Origin: Candidatus Shapirobacteria bacterium GW2011_GWF2_37_20
GTDB lineage: Bacteria > Patescibacteriota > Microgenomatia > UBA12405
Length of the DNA stretch: 64,000 bases
Assembly (NCBI GenBank): GCA_000989305.1
Contig: LBTB01000006.1
Location: 2,448-66,447 of the forward strand
Direction: 5' to 3'
Shown: one piece after another, positions 36,651-46,853 of the stretch
Layout: each line of letters begins with the position of its first letter
Numbering within the stretch: the first letter of the stretch is position 1
Made by a program: the position numbers and the translations under genes
The notes under the pieces: model-generated
The model's database searches: none
Seen by the model: the letters and a program-made list of their open reading frames with translations, nothing else
Told to the model about the DNA's origin: nothing

Positions 36651-37697
36651 ATGAATTCGTTAACTCAGGTGGCACATATTAGCCGGAGAGTAATAAAATT
36701 TGGAGGAATCGGATTAATTGTTTTTTTATTTTTTTGGTGGGGATTGACAGCGGCAGTAAAGAGTTACCAGGCAGCTCATCCACCGTATGTGGCACCGACG
36801 GTTAGGTTTGGAACTCTGGGAAAAATTGTGTTTCCAGAAAAAATTTTTGAGAAGAAAAATTTTACAGCAGAATTGGCTAATGATAGATTTCCAAAATACA
36901 AAGATCAGGCTAATGTTTATGTTATATACCGGTCAAAAAGTGCTTTGGGGGCCTTGGAAGAGGGTAAAAAAACGGCAGCTTTGATGGGCTTTATTAACGA
37001 ACCCAGAGAGGTGGCAACCGGGGTATATTTGTTTAATGATTTGAGTAGTGGACGAAGCCTATCGATGAACGTCTTAGAAAGTAGTTTTAAACTAAGTTAC
37101 CCCTATCTTTCTGACCAAATGTTGTTAAATCCGGAGCAAATGCCCAGCCGGGAAGAAGCAATAAACGCGGCAAAAAATTATATTCAACAAGCGGGAAAAT
37201 TGAGTGCTGATTTAGATGCGGGAGAGAAAAAAGTCACTTATTGGAAAATCAATTTTGATGGTCTGAAGCCGGTGGACGGTTTATCGGAAGCAAACTTAAT
37301 AAGAGTTGATTTTTTTAGGAAAAATTTAGGGGATGATGTTCAGGTAGTATCGACTGAAGTTGAAAAAGCATCAGTTTCAGTCTTAGTTTCTGGATCGAGT
37401 GTGGCGGCTAAAAGAATTGTGGAAGTAAATTACCGTCACGTGGATGTAGACACCTCAGCGGCCTCTTCTTCAACCTATCCGATTAAAACAAGTGAAGAGG
37501 CGTTTGCTGATTTAAAAAATGGTGATTATTGGCCGGCCAATGACAATGCTTTGAAAGAGGTGGTTATAAGAAAAATATATTTGGCATATTTCGAGCCGGT
37601 AAACTTAACTCAATTTCTACAGCCGGTTTATGTTTTTGAAGGTGACAATGATTTTGTGGCTTACGTTCGGGCAATTACTGATAAGTACGCCAAGTAA
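36651..37697 (+). CDS. Hypothetical membrane-anchored protein
   Basis: N-terminal TM; C-terminal IYLAYF...LQPVYVFEG. Confidence 0.7.
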   Translation: MNSLTQVAHISRRVIKFGGIGLIVFLFFWWGLTAAVKSYQAAHPPYVAPTVRFGTLGKIVFPEKIFEKKNFTAELANDRFPKYKDQANVYVIYRSKSALGALEEGKKTAALMGFINEPREVATGVYLFNDLSSGRSLSMNVLESSFKLSYPYLSDQMLLNPEQMPSREEAINAAKNYIQQAGKLSADLDAGEKKVTYWKINFDGLKPVDGLSEANLIRVDFFRKNLGDDVQVVSTEVEKASVSVLVSGSSVAAKRIVEVNYRHVDVDTSAASSSTYPIKTSEEAFADLKNGDYWPANDNALKEVVIRKIYLAYFEPVNLTQFLQPVYVFEGDNDFVAYVRAITDKYAK

Positions 37698-38574
37698 GAT
37701 TGGTTTTTGCCCAATCGATAAGAGCTTTTGTATCATTAAAACGATCTTCACTTTGGGCCACCACAGAAATTAAATAATGACCATTGATGTTAAGTAAACC
37801 GATAAAGGTACCGCTGGCTTCAGGCGTCCAGCCGGTTTTTAAACCTTCAACTTCCGGAACAACACCTAATAATTCATTGGTGCTGGTAACACGATGAATA
37901 ATTTGACCATTGATATCACTCAGGTCAATTGATTTAGTATTAACGTATTGACGGAGAGTGGGATTTTGAAAAGCTAGGCGACCAAGCTGGGCCAAATCAT
38001 AAGAAGTTGAATAATGATTTTCATCATGTAAACCATCAAAGTTAACGAAATGGGTATTTTTTAAACCATACTTACCAACTAAATTATTCATCTGGCCAAC
38101 AAATCCACTTATCCCCCCGGGATAATGAGAAGCCAAATTAAAAGCGGCATCATTGGCAGAATAAATTAGCAAACCAGCAACCAAGGTTTTAATAGTAACT
38201 CTCTCGCCGGCTTTTAGTTCCATAATTTTCCCATCGATATAGTCTTGAGAAATAGTGACTACTTCCCCAAGAGGGTAAATATTTAAGGCAGTCAGAGCGG
38301 TAGCTAATTTGGTGGTTGAGGCTGGAAAGATTCTTGAATTTTCGTTTTGAGAGACAATGATTTGATTGGAATCATTGTCAAGAAGTATATAATAATTAGT
38401 GGAAAGTAGGGGTTTATTTTTCCCTGTTACCACCGGTTGAGGAGGATGTTTGAAAGAAAAAATATCATTTGTTTTTGTAAATCTAAATGAAAATGGGAGA
38501 AAAGCCAAACACAATCCTATTCCAAAAAGAAGACCGTAGTAAAAATGCCGGGAACGGATTAATTTAGAAAACAT
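37675..38574 (-). CDS. D-alanyl-D-alanine carboxypeptidase (peptidase S11)
   Basis: PASTTK (SxxK), YSANDAA (SxN), GLKTGWT (KTG). Confidence 0.93.
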   Translation of the reverse strand: MFSKLIRSRHFYYGLLFGIGLCLAFLPFSFRFTKTNDIFSFKHPPQPVVTGKNKPLLSTNYYILLDNDSNQIIVSQNENSRIFPASTTKLATALTALNIYPLGEVVTISQDYIDGKIMELKAGERVTIKTLVAGLLIYSANDAAFNLASHYPGGISGFVGQMNNLVGKYGLKNTHFVNFDGLHDENHYSTSYDLAQLGRLAFQNPTLRQYVNTKSIDLSDINGQIIHRVTSTNELLGVVPEVEGLKTGWTPEASGTFIGLLNINGHYLISVVAQSEDRFNDTKALIDWAKTNLTWRTYQ

Positions 38575-39911
38575 TATTTTTTGGCTTTTTCAATTTTAGG
38601 TAATCTTTTATCAACTCTTTCCATGTCGCGGGGAAAAAGAGTAGCCTGGCGTATGTTTTCCAGACCTAAAATATTTTGAGTAATACGTTCCAGGCCGATA
38701 GCAAAACCGCCTTCCGGAGGCATACCGTATTTAAATGCCTGACCGTAGGGAATTTCAAAGTCAATAGGGTTTTGACCACGTGATTTTATTTTTTCTTGTA
38801 AATCAGCATAATTACTAATACGCTGACCTCCTGAAATCCATTCAACTCCCCTACCAATTAAATCAAGAGTCAGGGTTTCTTGCGGATTTTTTGGATCGGC
38901 ATAGGAATACCAGGCCCGTTTTTTGGTGTAAAAATGGGTAATAAAAACTAATTCACTACCATGTTTTTCCATAGACCAGCGACAAATTTCCCGCTCTCCC
39001 TCAGGATCCATATCTAATTCGTTTCTAACATCACGACCAGTGCGTTCATAAATAATTTGCAGAGCTTCTTTTAATTTTAGACTGGGAGTGTTTTCACAGG
39101 TCTTGGGAATAGTAACTCCGTATTCGTCTAAAATATCCTGGTGTTTTTCAGAGACAGCTTTAAAAATAGCTTTGACTGTAGAATCGGCCATTTTAACAAG
39201 GTCTGTCCAATCTTCAATAAAGCCCATTTCACAGTCCAGACCAACATATTCGGTCAGGTGACGCGTGGTAACTGAGGGCTCAGCCCGATAAGCATGGGCG
39301 AGGGTAAAGACGCGTTCAAAAATTGAAACCATGATCTGTTTATAAAGCTGGGGACTCTGAGCCAAAAATGCTTTGTGGCCAAAGTAGTCGACAGGGAAAA
39401 CCTCAGAGCCACCTTCAGTTGAACCAGTAACAATGGTGGGGACTGATATTTCAGTAAAATCATTGGCATTTAGGTGATCGCGGAAAGCCTTCATAATGGT
39501 GGCTTGAACCTTAAAAACATCGGTTACCTTTTGGTGACGGAGAGAGACGGCCCGATTATCAAGAAGAACCGGTAGGCCAACGTTTAGATCGGGTTGATGA
39601 ATATCAAAAGGCAACTCTTCAGAAGCTTCCAAAACTTTTAATTCCTCTACTTCCATTTCAATTTTGCCAGTAATTATTTTATCGTTAAAATATTTTTCGT
39701 CCCGGGGGCGAATAGTTCCACTTATTTCAACAACGGACTCTACTTTAACGCCACCCAAATCCTTACCACCAACTACCTGAATAAGACCAGAACGGTCACG
39801 GATATCGGCAAAGGCTAACTTACCGTAACTTCGGACAGAATTTACCCATCCTTTAATAATAATTTTTTTACCGATTTCTGAAATTGAGTCTTTGATTAAT
39901 GTTCTTGTCAT
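38574..39911 (-). CDS. aspS: Aspartate--tRNA ligase, short archaeal-like (probably non-discriminating) type
   Basis: DIRDRSG, LAQSPQLYKQ, YRAEPS..TRHLTEY, SGGQRI, YGMPPEGGFAIGLER, LFPRD; 445 aa, no GAD insert. Confidence 0.92.
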   Translation of the reverse strand: MTRTLIKDSISEIGKKIIIKGWVNSVRSYGKLAFADIRDRSGLIQVVGGKDLGGVKVESVVEISGTIRPRDEKYFNDKIITGKIEMEVEELKVLEASEELPFDIHQPDLNVGLPVLLDNRAVSLRHQKVTDVFKVQATIMKAFRDHLNANDFTEISVPTIVTGSTEGGSEVFPVDYFGHKAFLAQSPQLYKQIMVSIFERVFTLAHAYRAEPSVTTRHLTEYVGLDCEMGFIEDWTDLVKMADSTVKAIFKAVSEKHQDILDEYGVTIPKTCENTPSLKLKEALQIIYERTGRDVRNELDMDPEGEREICRWSMEKHGSELVFITHFYTKKRAWYSYADPKNPQETLTLDLIGRGVEWISGGQRISNYADLQEKIKSRGQNPIDFEIPYGQAFKYGMPPEGGFAIGLERITQNILGLENIRQATLFPRDMERVDKRLPKIEKAKK

Positions 39912-39920
39912 GGGCTAATT

Positions 39921-41496
39921 TTACAGCTTAAATATTTCCTTTACCACTAATTGAGGGAAAGTATGGCCCTGCCAGGTATTGGCGTCGAGGTAAGCAATTA
40001 GATTAACAGACTCCCCGACTTTTAAATCAGGTTCCAGATCGGCTTTTTTAAAAGCGATGGCGTCCACGCCGCTGACTTTTAATTTTACCAAGTATTTTTT
40101 TTGATTCTATTTTTAAATTTTTGAATAAAAATAAGGGTTGTGGGTTGCCAATACCAAAAGGCTCTAAACTTTTAATCAATTTAATATTTTTTAGATTGAT
40201 AGCATTGGTATCCATTTTGGCATCGATGGTCACCGATTTTTGAGCAGTATATTTGGCTAATTTTTTGGAAAAATAGGTATTTAATTTTTTTTGTAACTTG
40301 GAAATATTCTTATCTTTGATAGAAAAACCGGCTGCACCAGGGTGGCCACCTAAATCAACGAAAAGATCTGAAAATTTTCGAAGAACCTCAATAATATTTA
40401 CCTCGGGGATGGAGCGGCAGGAACCTTTGGCAACTTCACCGTTTTTGGCGATAATTACGGAAGGCAGTACATATTTTTCAGTTAGGCGACCGGCAATTAA
40501 GCCGATAATGCCGGGATTAAAATCATCAGAAACAAAGATGACTTTATTTTTAATGTCAATGTTTTTATCGGCGACATCAAGAGATTCTTTTTGTAAGTCC
40601 TGACGCTGTTGATTATATTTATTTAAAACTTGAGCATATTTACCGGCTTGGATAGAATTTTGACTACAGAGAAGTCGAAGGGCGTCGGTGGGATCTGACA
40701 AACGACCAACTGCATTTAAGCGAGGCCCTAAAAGAAAACCTAAATCGTAAACTGACAACTGATCTATTTTTACACCAGAGATGTCCATTAACTTTTTAAG
40801 ACCAGGAGAGGGATTTACTTTTAATTCACTTAAACCATGAACGACGACAGACCGGTTAATACCCAGAAGCGGCTGGCAATCAGCAACTACTCCGAGGGCC
40901 GCCAAAGAAAGAGGTGCGGTTTTAGAAAATTCACGGGCCAAAAACCAGGCCAGTGCCGAGGCAGAAGTATCAACAGAATGAAACAGAGCATCGGTGTTTT
41001 TTAATTTTCCCGAAGGCAGATGGTGATCGATAACTAATATTTTAATTTTGGGATATTTTTCCTTAATTTTGGCAAATTCTTTATCGGCAACGATGCCGTT
41101 GTCAACGGTAATCAGTAAATCAAATTTTAAGTTTTTTTCTGTTTGAATCCGGGAAAACGAAGACTCTTTAAAACCATAACCATCGGTTTCCCGATGAGGA
41201 ATAAAAGGAATGGTGTTTTTATTTAAAGGATAAAGTGAAAGCCATAAAATGGCAGTTGAAGTCAAACCATCAACGTCATAATCGCCATAAATCAAAATAT
41301 TTTTTTGACCATCGATAAATTTTTGAATTAATTTAACTGCCTTTTGAGAATTTAAATTAAATTCAGGAAAGGGCGGTTTTAAGAAAGGGTCAGAGTCGGT
41401 GATTTGGCGATTTTTTAGGAGTAAGTCCAGAAGCATTTCAGACGGAGTTTCCCGAGTAATAGTGGTGTCACTCAAAAAGTTTAATTTGACTTGCAT
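39921..41496 (-). pseudogene. recJ: ssDNA exonuclease RecJ, frameshifted near 40085-40102
   Basis: YGDYDVDG, TVDNG, DHH, GPRLNAVGRL, GGHPGAAG, LEPFGIGNP. The frame stops at 40048, but the OB-fold end (KLKVSGVDAIAF...NTWQG...PQLVVKEI) continues in another frame to 39921. Confidence 0.8.
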
Positions 41497-41593
41497 ATGC
41501 CTATTGTATGCTATACTTTGGAGATCAGAAAGCATTACCTAGTTTCTGATCATATTATTAGTAAGGTTAAGGAATCTAAAAGATTCGAAAAAA

Positions 41594-41857
41594 ATGGCAA
41601 AAAAGCTTTTCGTAGGAAACTTATCCTACAACATGACAGATGAGCAACTGAATGCGGTGTTCGCACCCTTCGGTACAATCATCTCCGCAAATATAGTTTT
41701 CGACAAATTCTCTCACCGAAGCAAAGGTTTCGGTTTTGTAGAATTCGAAACTGAGGAAATGGCACAAGCCGCTCTATCTTTAGATGGCAGCGAGCAAGAC
41801 GGTAGAAATATCGCCGTAAAAGAGGCTCTTCCTCGTCCCGACAGACCACAAATGTAA
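41594..41857 (+). CDS. RRM RNA-binding protein
   Basis: KLFVGNL (RNP2), KGFGFVEF (RNP1), DGRNIAVKEA. Confidence 0.95.
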   Translation: MAKKLFVGNLSYNMTDEQLNAVFAPFGTIISANIVFDKFSHRSKGFGFVEFETEEMAQAALSLDGSEQDGRNIAVKEALPRPDRPQM

Positions 41858-41877
41858 GTTACATTTTGATTTGAATC

Positions 41878-41903
41878 AAAACCCCGTCGCAAGGCGGGGT
41901 TTT
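41878..41903 (+). terminator. Intrinsic terminator
   Basis: aaaACCCCGTC-gcaa-GGCGGGGTttt just after the RRM gene. Confidence 0.75.
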
Positions 41904-41918
41904 CGGTTATAATCGGGC

Positions 41919-42326
41919 ATGGAAAAGATTGTAAGCAGGGCGATAATTTTGGGAGAAAAGGGAAGTATTTTACTTGGCAAAAGAGCAAATGGTTCACTGG
42001 CCGGGCGATGGGCATTAATTGGGGAAAAACCTAATCAAGGGGAAACAGAAGAACAAGCGGTAGTTCGGGAAACTGGTGAAGAAATTGGGGCAAGGTTATT
42101 GAAGCCAATTTTTTGGAAGGAAGTTTTGCAGGAAGCAATCACACCAGGTGATTTTTTAAGAGAAAGTTATTTTTTTGGAATTATAGCTACAAATATTGAG
42201 GAGCTAAACCTTAATTTAGAAGAAATTTCGGAAGTAGGATACGTTTCCAGATCAAATTTAGAAAATTTTGATATAGTACCTATTCACAAAAAGATAATAG
42301 AAGAGTTATTTAGCCAAAAAGGGTAA
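41919..42326 (+). CDS. NUDIX hydrolase (degenerate box)
   Basis: WALIGEKPNQGETEEQAVVRETGEEIG. Confidence 0.8.
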   Translation: MEKIVSRAIILGEKGSILLGKRANGSLAGRWALIGEKPNQGETEEQAVVRETGEEIGARLLKPIFWKEVLQEAITPGDFLRESYFFGIIATNIEELNLNLEEISEVGYVSRSNLENFDIVPIHKKIIEELFSQKG

Positions 42327-42335
42327 AATTAAGTA

Positions 42336-43664
42336 ATGGGGAAAAGACAATTACCGGAAAAGGTTAAGGTTGTGATGCAAAAGGTCCTGGATAAAGGCGG
42401 GGAAATTTACGTGGTTGGCGGAGCGGTTCGTGATTGGCTTTTAAAAAAAGAAACTAAAGATTGGGACTTTGCCACCAATTTAACCCCGGAAAAGATGAAA
42501 GAAATTTTTCCTAAAAATTCTTTTTGCGAAAATAAATTCGGAACTTTTAGTGTAATTTTAAGGGACGGAGAAATTTTTGAAATTACCACTTATCGAAGCG
42601 AGAAAAACTATAGCGACAAAAGACATCCTGACGTGGTGGAATGGGGACAAAGTTTGGGTGAGGACGTGGAGCGACGCGACTTTACGATTAATGCTATGGC
42701 CATGGATATTAACGGGAAAATAACTGACTTAAATAATGGCCAGGAAGATTTGAATAACAGATTAATCCGAACTGTAGGGAATCCAGATGATAGATTTTCT
42801 GAGGATGCCCTGCGAATGATTCGGGCAATTCGAATTGCGGCCCAAATTGGATTTTTAATTGAAGAAAAAACTTTTGAATCAATTCAAAAAAATGCTCACT
42901 TAATTTCTGAAATTGCCGGAGAAAGAATTCGAGATGAATTGTTTAAAATATTATTGTGTAAAAAACCAGGAGACGGAATGAGATTGCTGAAAAATTCGGG
43001 TTTACTGGCAGAAATAATGCCTGAATTGTTACCGGGTGTAGGAATGGGACAAAAGGGTCACCATATCTATGATGTGTGGGATCATGAGCTGGAAGCCTTA
43101 AATAATTGTCAAAGTGACAATTCGGTAACCCGACTGGCTACCCTACTCCACGATGTCGGAAAACCAGCTGCCATGAAAGAAGTTAACGGAGAAAAAACCT
43201 TTCATAATCATGAGGTGGTTGGGTCGAGAATAGCTGTAAAAATAGGAAAAAGGTTGAGATTATCAAATAAAGAGCTGGAACAATTGTTTATCCTGGTTAG
43301 GTGGCATATGTTTACGGTCGAGGATACTCAGACAGACAAGGCGGTGCGAAGATTCATCCGCAATGTTACCCCGGAATATTTAGATGAAATGATTTCTCTT
43401 CGCCGAAGCGATCGATTAGGATCAGGAGCAAAAGAGAGCAGTTGGAGATGGGAATTATTTAAAAAACGATTAGTGGAAGTGCAAAAACAACCATTTACGG
43501 TCAAAGATTTAAAAGTTAACGGATTGGATGTCATGGAAATATTAAAAATAAAACCAAGCCGAAAGGTTGGGGAAATTTTGGATAAACTTTTTGCAGAAGT
43601 TGAAGAAAAACCAGAATTAAATGACAGAGAAATTTTGTTGGAAAAGATAAAAGAGAATAATTAG
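42336..43664 (+). CDS. cca: CCA tRNA nucleotidyltransferase with HD domain
   Basis: VGGAVRD, DWDFAT, RRDFTINAM, EDALRMIRA, ERIRDE, LLHDVGK. Confidence 0.92.
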   Translation: MGKRQLPEKVKVVMQKVLDKGGEIYVVGGAVRDWLLKKETKDWDFATNLTPEKMKEIFPKNSFCENKFGTFSVILRDGEIFEITTYRSEKNYSDKRHPDVVEWGQSLGEDVERRDFTINAMAMDINGKITDLNNGQEDLNNRLIRTVGNPDDRFSEDALRMIRAIRIAAQIGFLIEEKTFESIQKNAHLISEIAGERIRDELFKILLCKKPGDGMRLLKNSGLLAEIMPELLPGVGMGQKGHHIYDVWDHELEALNNCQSDNSVTRLATLLHDVGKPAAMKEVNGEKTFHNHEVVGSRIAVKIGKRLRLSNKELEQLFILVRWHMFTVEDTQTDKAVRRFIRNVTPEYLDEMISLRRSDRLGSGAKESSWRWELFKKRLVEVQKQPFTVKDLKVNGLDVMEILKIKPSRKVGEILDKLFAEVEEKPELNDREILLEKIKENN

Positions 43665-43912
43665 GCGATGTGATTTTCTGTCTCGTGTATTTCTGTAAGT
43701 TCCTGTTCTTTGTTAACGAAGGAACCCTTTAACCAGCGCGTTCTTTTTTTAGGTATTTCTACCGGCGGAGTACTAACTTTTTCCTCGATATCATTTTTAG
43801 GAACTGCTTTAATACCCAACCTTGGTTTTAACTGTTCACCATTTTTGATGATTTCCCCATTGGGACCAATCTCAAAATTTTTTACTTTAGTTTGATTTTC
43901 TATTTTCGTCAT
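43661..43912 (-). CDS. Hypothetical protein
   Basis: 83-aa ORF overlapping the secF end; no motif. Confidence 0.45.
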   Translation of the reverse strand: MTKIENQTKVKNFEIGPNGEIIKNGEQLKPRLGIKAVPKNDIEEKVSTPPVEIPKKRTRWLKGSFVNKEQELTEIHETENHIA

Positions 43913-44765
43913 TCTTCTTTCTTTTAGTTAAAAGCATTAGAGGGATGGCAACGGCAATAGAAGAATAGGTACCGGAGATAACGCCGATAAGCAAAGCAGT
44001 GGCAAACCAACGAGTACTAGCGCCACCGAGAACCACTAGGGCCAATAACATGAAGATAATGGTCATGGAGTTGTTTATCGAACGGACAATGACTTCTGAA
44101 ACGGCTTTATTTGACAACTCGACCCAGTCGAGACGAAAGCTAAGACTTTTTAATTCCCGAATCCGGTCAAAAGTGACTACAGTATCGTGTACGGATGCAG
44201 ATAGGGTGGTTAAAAGAGCCGTGACAAAAAGAGCGTCAACTTCAGCACCAAAGAAATGACCCAGAATCGAAAAACTACCAACTAGAATCAGGGCGTCGTA
44301 AAACATGGCCAAAACTGCAGAAGCACCAAAACTAAGGTCCTTAAACCGACTACCGATGAAAAGCAATAAAGAAATGGAAGAAAGAACTATTGCCCAAATG
44401 GTTTTGATCATTAATTCTTTTCCTAAAATTGCCCCTAAGGTTTCAAACTGGAGATCGACAAAGCCAGGATCAAGAGTTATTAGCGCCGCGGTCAGTTGTT
44501 CTTTTTGATCGTTGCTAATATTGCCGAATTTTAGGAAATATTGATCCTGGTTAACAGATACAGTGAGTAGCTCTAATTGGTTTTTGGTAAAGATTTCTTT
44601 TAAATTTTCAGTACCGGGCTTCGAAGGCAGAGAAACTTGCCAGGATGAGCCTCCGGAAAAATCAACGGAGGGCTTGAAGCCCCAAAAGATTATCGAAAAA
44701 ACTGAGGCTAAAATTAATAGAGTGGAAATAATCAAAAATAGAGGTCGAAATTTCATAATGTTCAT
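43887..44765 (-). CDS. secF: Protein translocase subunit SecF
   Basis: VDFSGG, LGKEL, SVHDTVVTFDRIRE, RSINNS, GTYSS. Confidence 0.95.
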   Translation of the reverse strand: MNIMKFRPLFLIISTLLILASVFSIIFWGFKPSVDFSGGSSWQVSLPSKPGTENLKEIFTKNQLELLTVSVNQDQYFLKFGNISNDQKEQLTAALITLDPGFVDLQFETLGAILGKELMIKTIWAIVLSSISLLLFIGSRFKDLSFGASAVLAMFYDALILVGSFSILGHFFGAEVDALFVTALLTTLSASVHDTVVTFDRIRELKSLSFRLDWVELSNKAVSEVIVRSINNSMTIIFMLLALVVLGGASTRWFATALLIGVISGTYSSIAVAIPLMLLTKRKKNDENRKSN

Positions 44766-46105
44766 ATTTTTTTCCTGGCCAAAACTCGTAACAGGTTACG
44801 GGTAACGAAGACACCGGTAAACATACCTAAAAAGATTCCGATCAGTAAAGTAACAGCAAAACCCCGAACCATACCGGAATTATTTAAAAATGGCCAATTG
44901 AAAGGGTTAAAAAGAATTAAACCGGTGATAATGGTACATGTATTGGCGTCTTTTATGGAACTCCAGGCCCGACCAAAACCTAGTTCCATGGCATTGTTCC
45001 AGGTTTTTCCGGCCCGAAGTTCCTCTTTCATTCTTTCAAAAATTAAGATATTACTATCGACGGCCATACCGACAGATAAGATAAAGCCAACAATACCGGG
45101 AAAAGTAAGTGTAACCGGAATAAGACGATAGAGAGTGAGAGTAATTAGACCATAGATTATTAAACCAAAATCGGCAATAAGACCTAAAAATCCGTAATTT
45201 CCGATCATAAACAATGAAACCAGAGCCAGACCAACCAAGCCCGCTTTGACGCCATTACTAATAGAATCTTGACCCAAAGAGGCTCCAACCTGTGATTGTT
45301 GAATTAATTTTATGGGAAGAGGTAGAGCGCCGGCATTTAATTGGGCTGAAAGTGCTTTGGCAGATTTAATATCAAAATTTCCATTGATAACTGCCCTACC
45401 ATCAGCAATAATTACTCCAACTGAAGGAGCAGTGATGATTTGATCATCTAAAAGAATGGCCAATCTTTTATTGAGATAGTCAGTGGTAGCTTTCTCGAAA
45501 AGCTTGGCACCTTCGGAATTAAATTCAAGGGAAACTTCCATTTCACCGGTATTAGGATTTGGCTGAGGTACAGCCTTAACAAGATGTGAACCCATTAGAC
45601 CGGTATCTTTTAAATAATCAGCAGAAGTGGCAGTAGCCGTGGCTTCAGGGGGTAAATCAATAAGGCCCATAAAACTCAACTGAGCGGTTTGGCCAATTAG
45701 TTTGATGGCTTCATTTATGTCGGTAACTCCCGGAAGATCAACGCTGAGGCGATACGAGTCACCTCGATTGGCTAATTGAACATTTGATTCAGATACACCA
45801 AAAAGATTAACCCGACTTTCAATGTTGGATTTTAAAGATTCTAAGGCACTGGGCAAATCAGCTTTTGATACTTTTGAAGTGTCAACTTCAAAAAGAAGAG
45901 AGGCTCCACCGGCTAAATCGAGACCAAAACGAAGATCCAAATTTGGTTTTAGCTGAGACGAACCTAAATTTAGAGAAAAATCCGGCCGATAAAAGGTGCG
46001 ACCAAATAAATTAAATTTAGCAGGAAGATTGATGATAATACAGAGAAAAGTCACGGCAATAATAGACCAAAAAATAGTTAGAACCCGACGATTATTTCTT
46101 AACAT
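44762..46105 (-). CDS. secD: Protein translocase subunit SecD
   Basis: GLDLAGG, RVNLFGVSE, AGALP, GMAVDSNILIFER, DAN, VRGFAVTL. Confidence 0.96.
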   Translation of the reverse strand: MLRNNRRVLTIFWSIIAVTFLCIIINLPAKFNLFGRTFYRPDFSLNLGSSQLKPNLDLRFGLDLAGGASLLFEVDTSKVSKADLPSALESLKSNIESRVNLFGVSESNVQLANRGDSYRLSVDLPGVTDINEAIKLIGQTAQLSFMGLIDLPPEATATATSADYLKDTGLMGSHLVKAVPQPNPNTGEMEVSLEFNSEGAKLFEKATTDYLNKRLAILLDDQIITAPSVGVIIADGRAVINGNFDIKSAKALSAQLNAGALPLPIKLIQQSQVGASLGQDSISNGVKAGLVGLALVSLFMIGNYGFLGLIADFGLIIYGLITLTLYRLIPVTLTFPGIVGFILSVGMAVDSNILIFERMKEELRAGKTWNNAMELGFGRAWSSIKDANTCTIITGLILFNPFNWPFLNNSGMVRGFAVTLLIGIFLGMFTGVFVTRNLLRVLARKKI

Positions 46106-46283
46106 AGCCTAAGGAAAGTTGACGAGGATGACCCGTAAAAGTATAAGTTATAGAGGTTTTTGAAGACTTCACCTTATATTGGGCAAAATCCCCTTCTTTA
46201 ATGTCAAAGGATTTGATAACTTTATTGGGCAAGGTAAGAGCCAGGCTGTTGCCGGTTTTAATGACTTTTCTAATTTTGTCCAT
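46092..46283 (-). CDS. AbrB/MazE/SpoVT family DNA-binding protein
   Basis: RKVIKTGNSLALTLP...IKEGD. Confidence 0.85.
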   Translation of the reverse strand: MDKIRKVIKTGNSLALTLPNKVIKSFDIKEGDFAQYKVKSSKTSITYTFTGHPRQLSLGYVKK

Positions 46284-46853
46284 TTAGTTTTCTAATAGAG
46301 CAGGGTTGCCAATTATAACAAGAGGAGAAGAAAGGAAAAAGTCGACAATAAAGGGGTCCCTCTTGTTTTGACGAAGTTTTAACTCAGATTGATCCATAAC
46401 CATATAATTAATTTCTGCCTCGCGCTTTTTTTCTTCTGAGGCAATGGCGTTTTCAACCTCCCGAATCGGTAATTCACCAACTATAATTAAATCGATAGAA
46501 TCCGGGCGGGCTTTTTCCCAAAGCAAAAAGTGAAATGAAACTAAGAGGAGTTTGGCTTTATCCAATTTTTGAGCTAAATCAGAGTTACGATATGCCATAA
46601 GTAAAAGGCTATTAAATAGATGGTGACGAGGGTTGGTAGTGTAATAAAGACGGTTGCCGCGGGCTTCAGAAACTAATATGTTGGCTTTTTTTAGATTGGC
46701 CAATTCCCGACGGACTGAGTTTATTTCTTCACCACTGAGACGAACCAATTGTCGGACATAAAATAATTCCTGAGGGTTGCCAAAAAATAAGCAGATTAAT
46801 TTACATCTGGTCTTAGATGTTAGAACAGCATTGAGAGATGTTTCAACCTTCAT
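46284..46853 (-). CDS. Winged-helix plus degenerate nucleotidyltransferase-fold protein (start refined to MKVETS...)
   Basis: SKTR.KL...YVRQLVR...NSVRRELANL...GNRLYY, then IDLIIVG and EINYMVM. Confidence 0.7.
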   Translation of the reverse strand: MKVETSLNAVLTSKTRCKLICLFFGNPQELFYVRQLVRLSGEEINSVRRELANLKKANILVSEARGNRLYYTTNPRHHLFNSLLLMAYRNSDLAQKLDKAKLLLVSFHFLLWEKARPDSIDLIIVGELPIREVENAIASEEKKREAEINYMVMDQSELKLRQNKRDPFIVDFFLSSPLVIIGNPALLEN

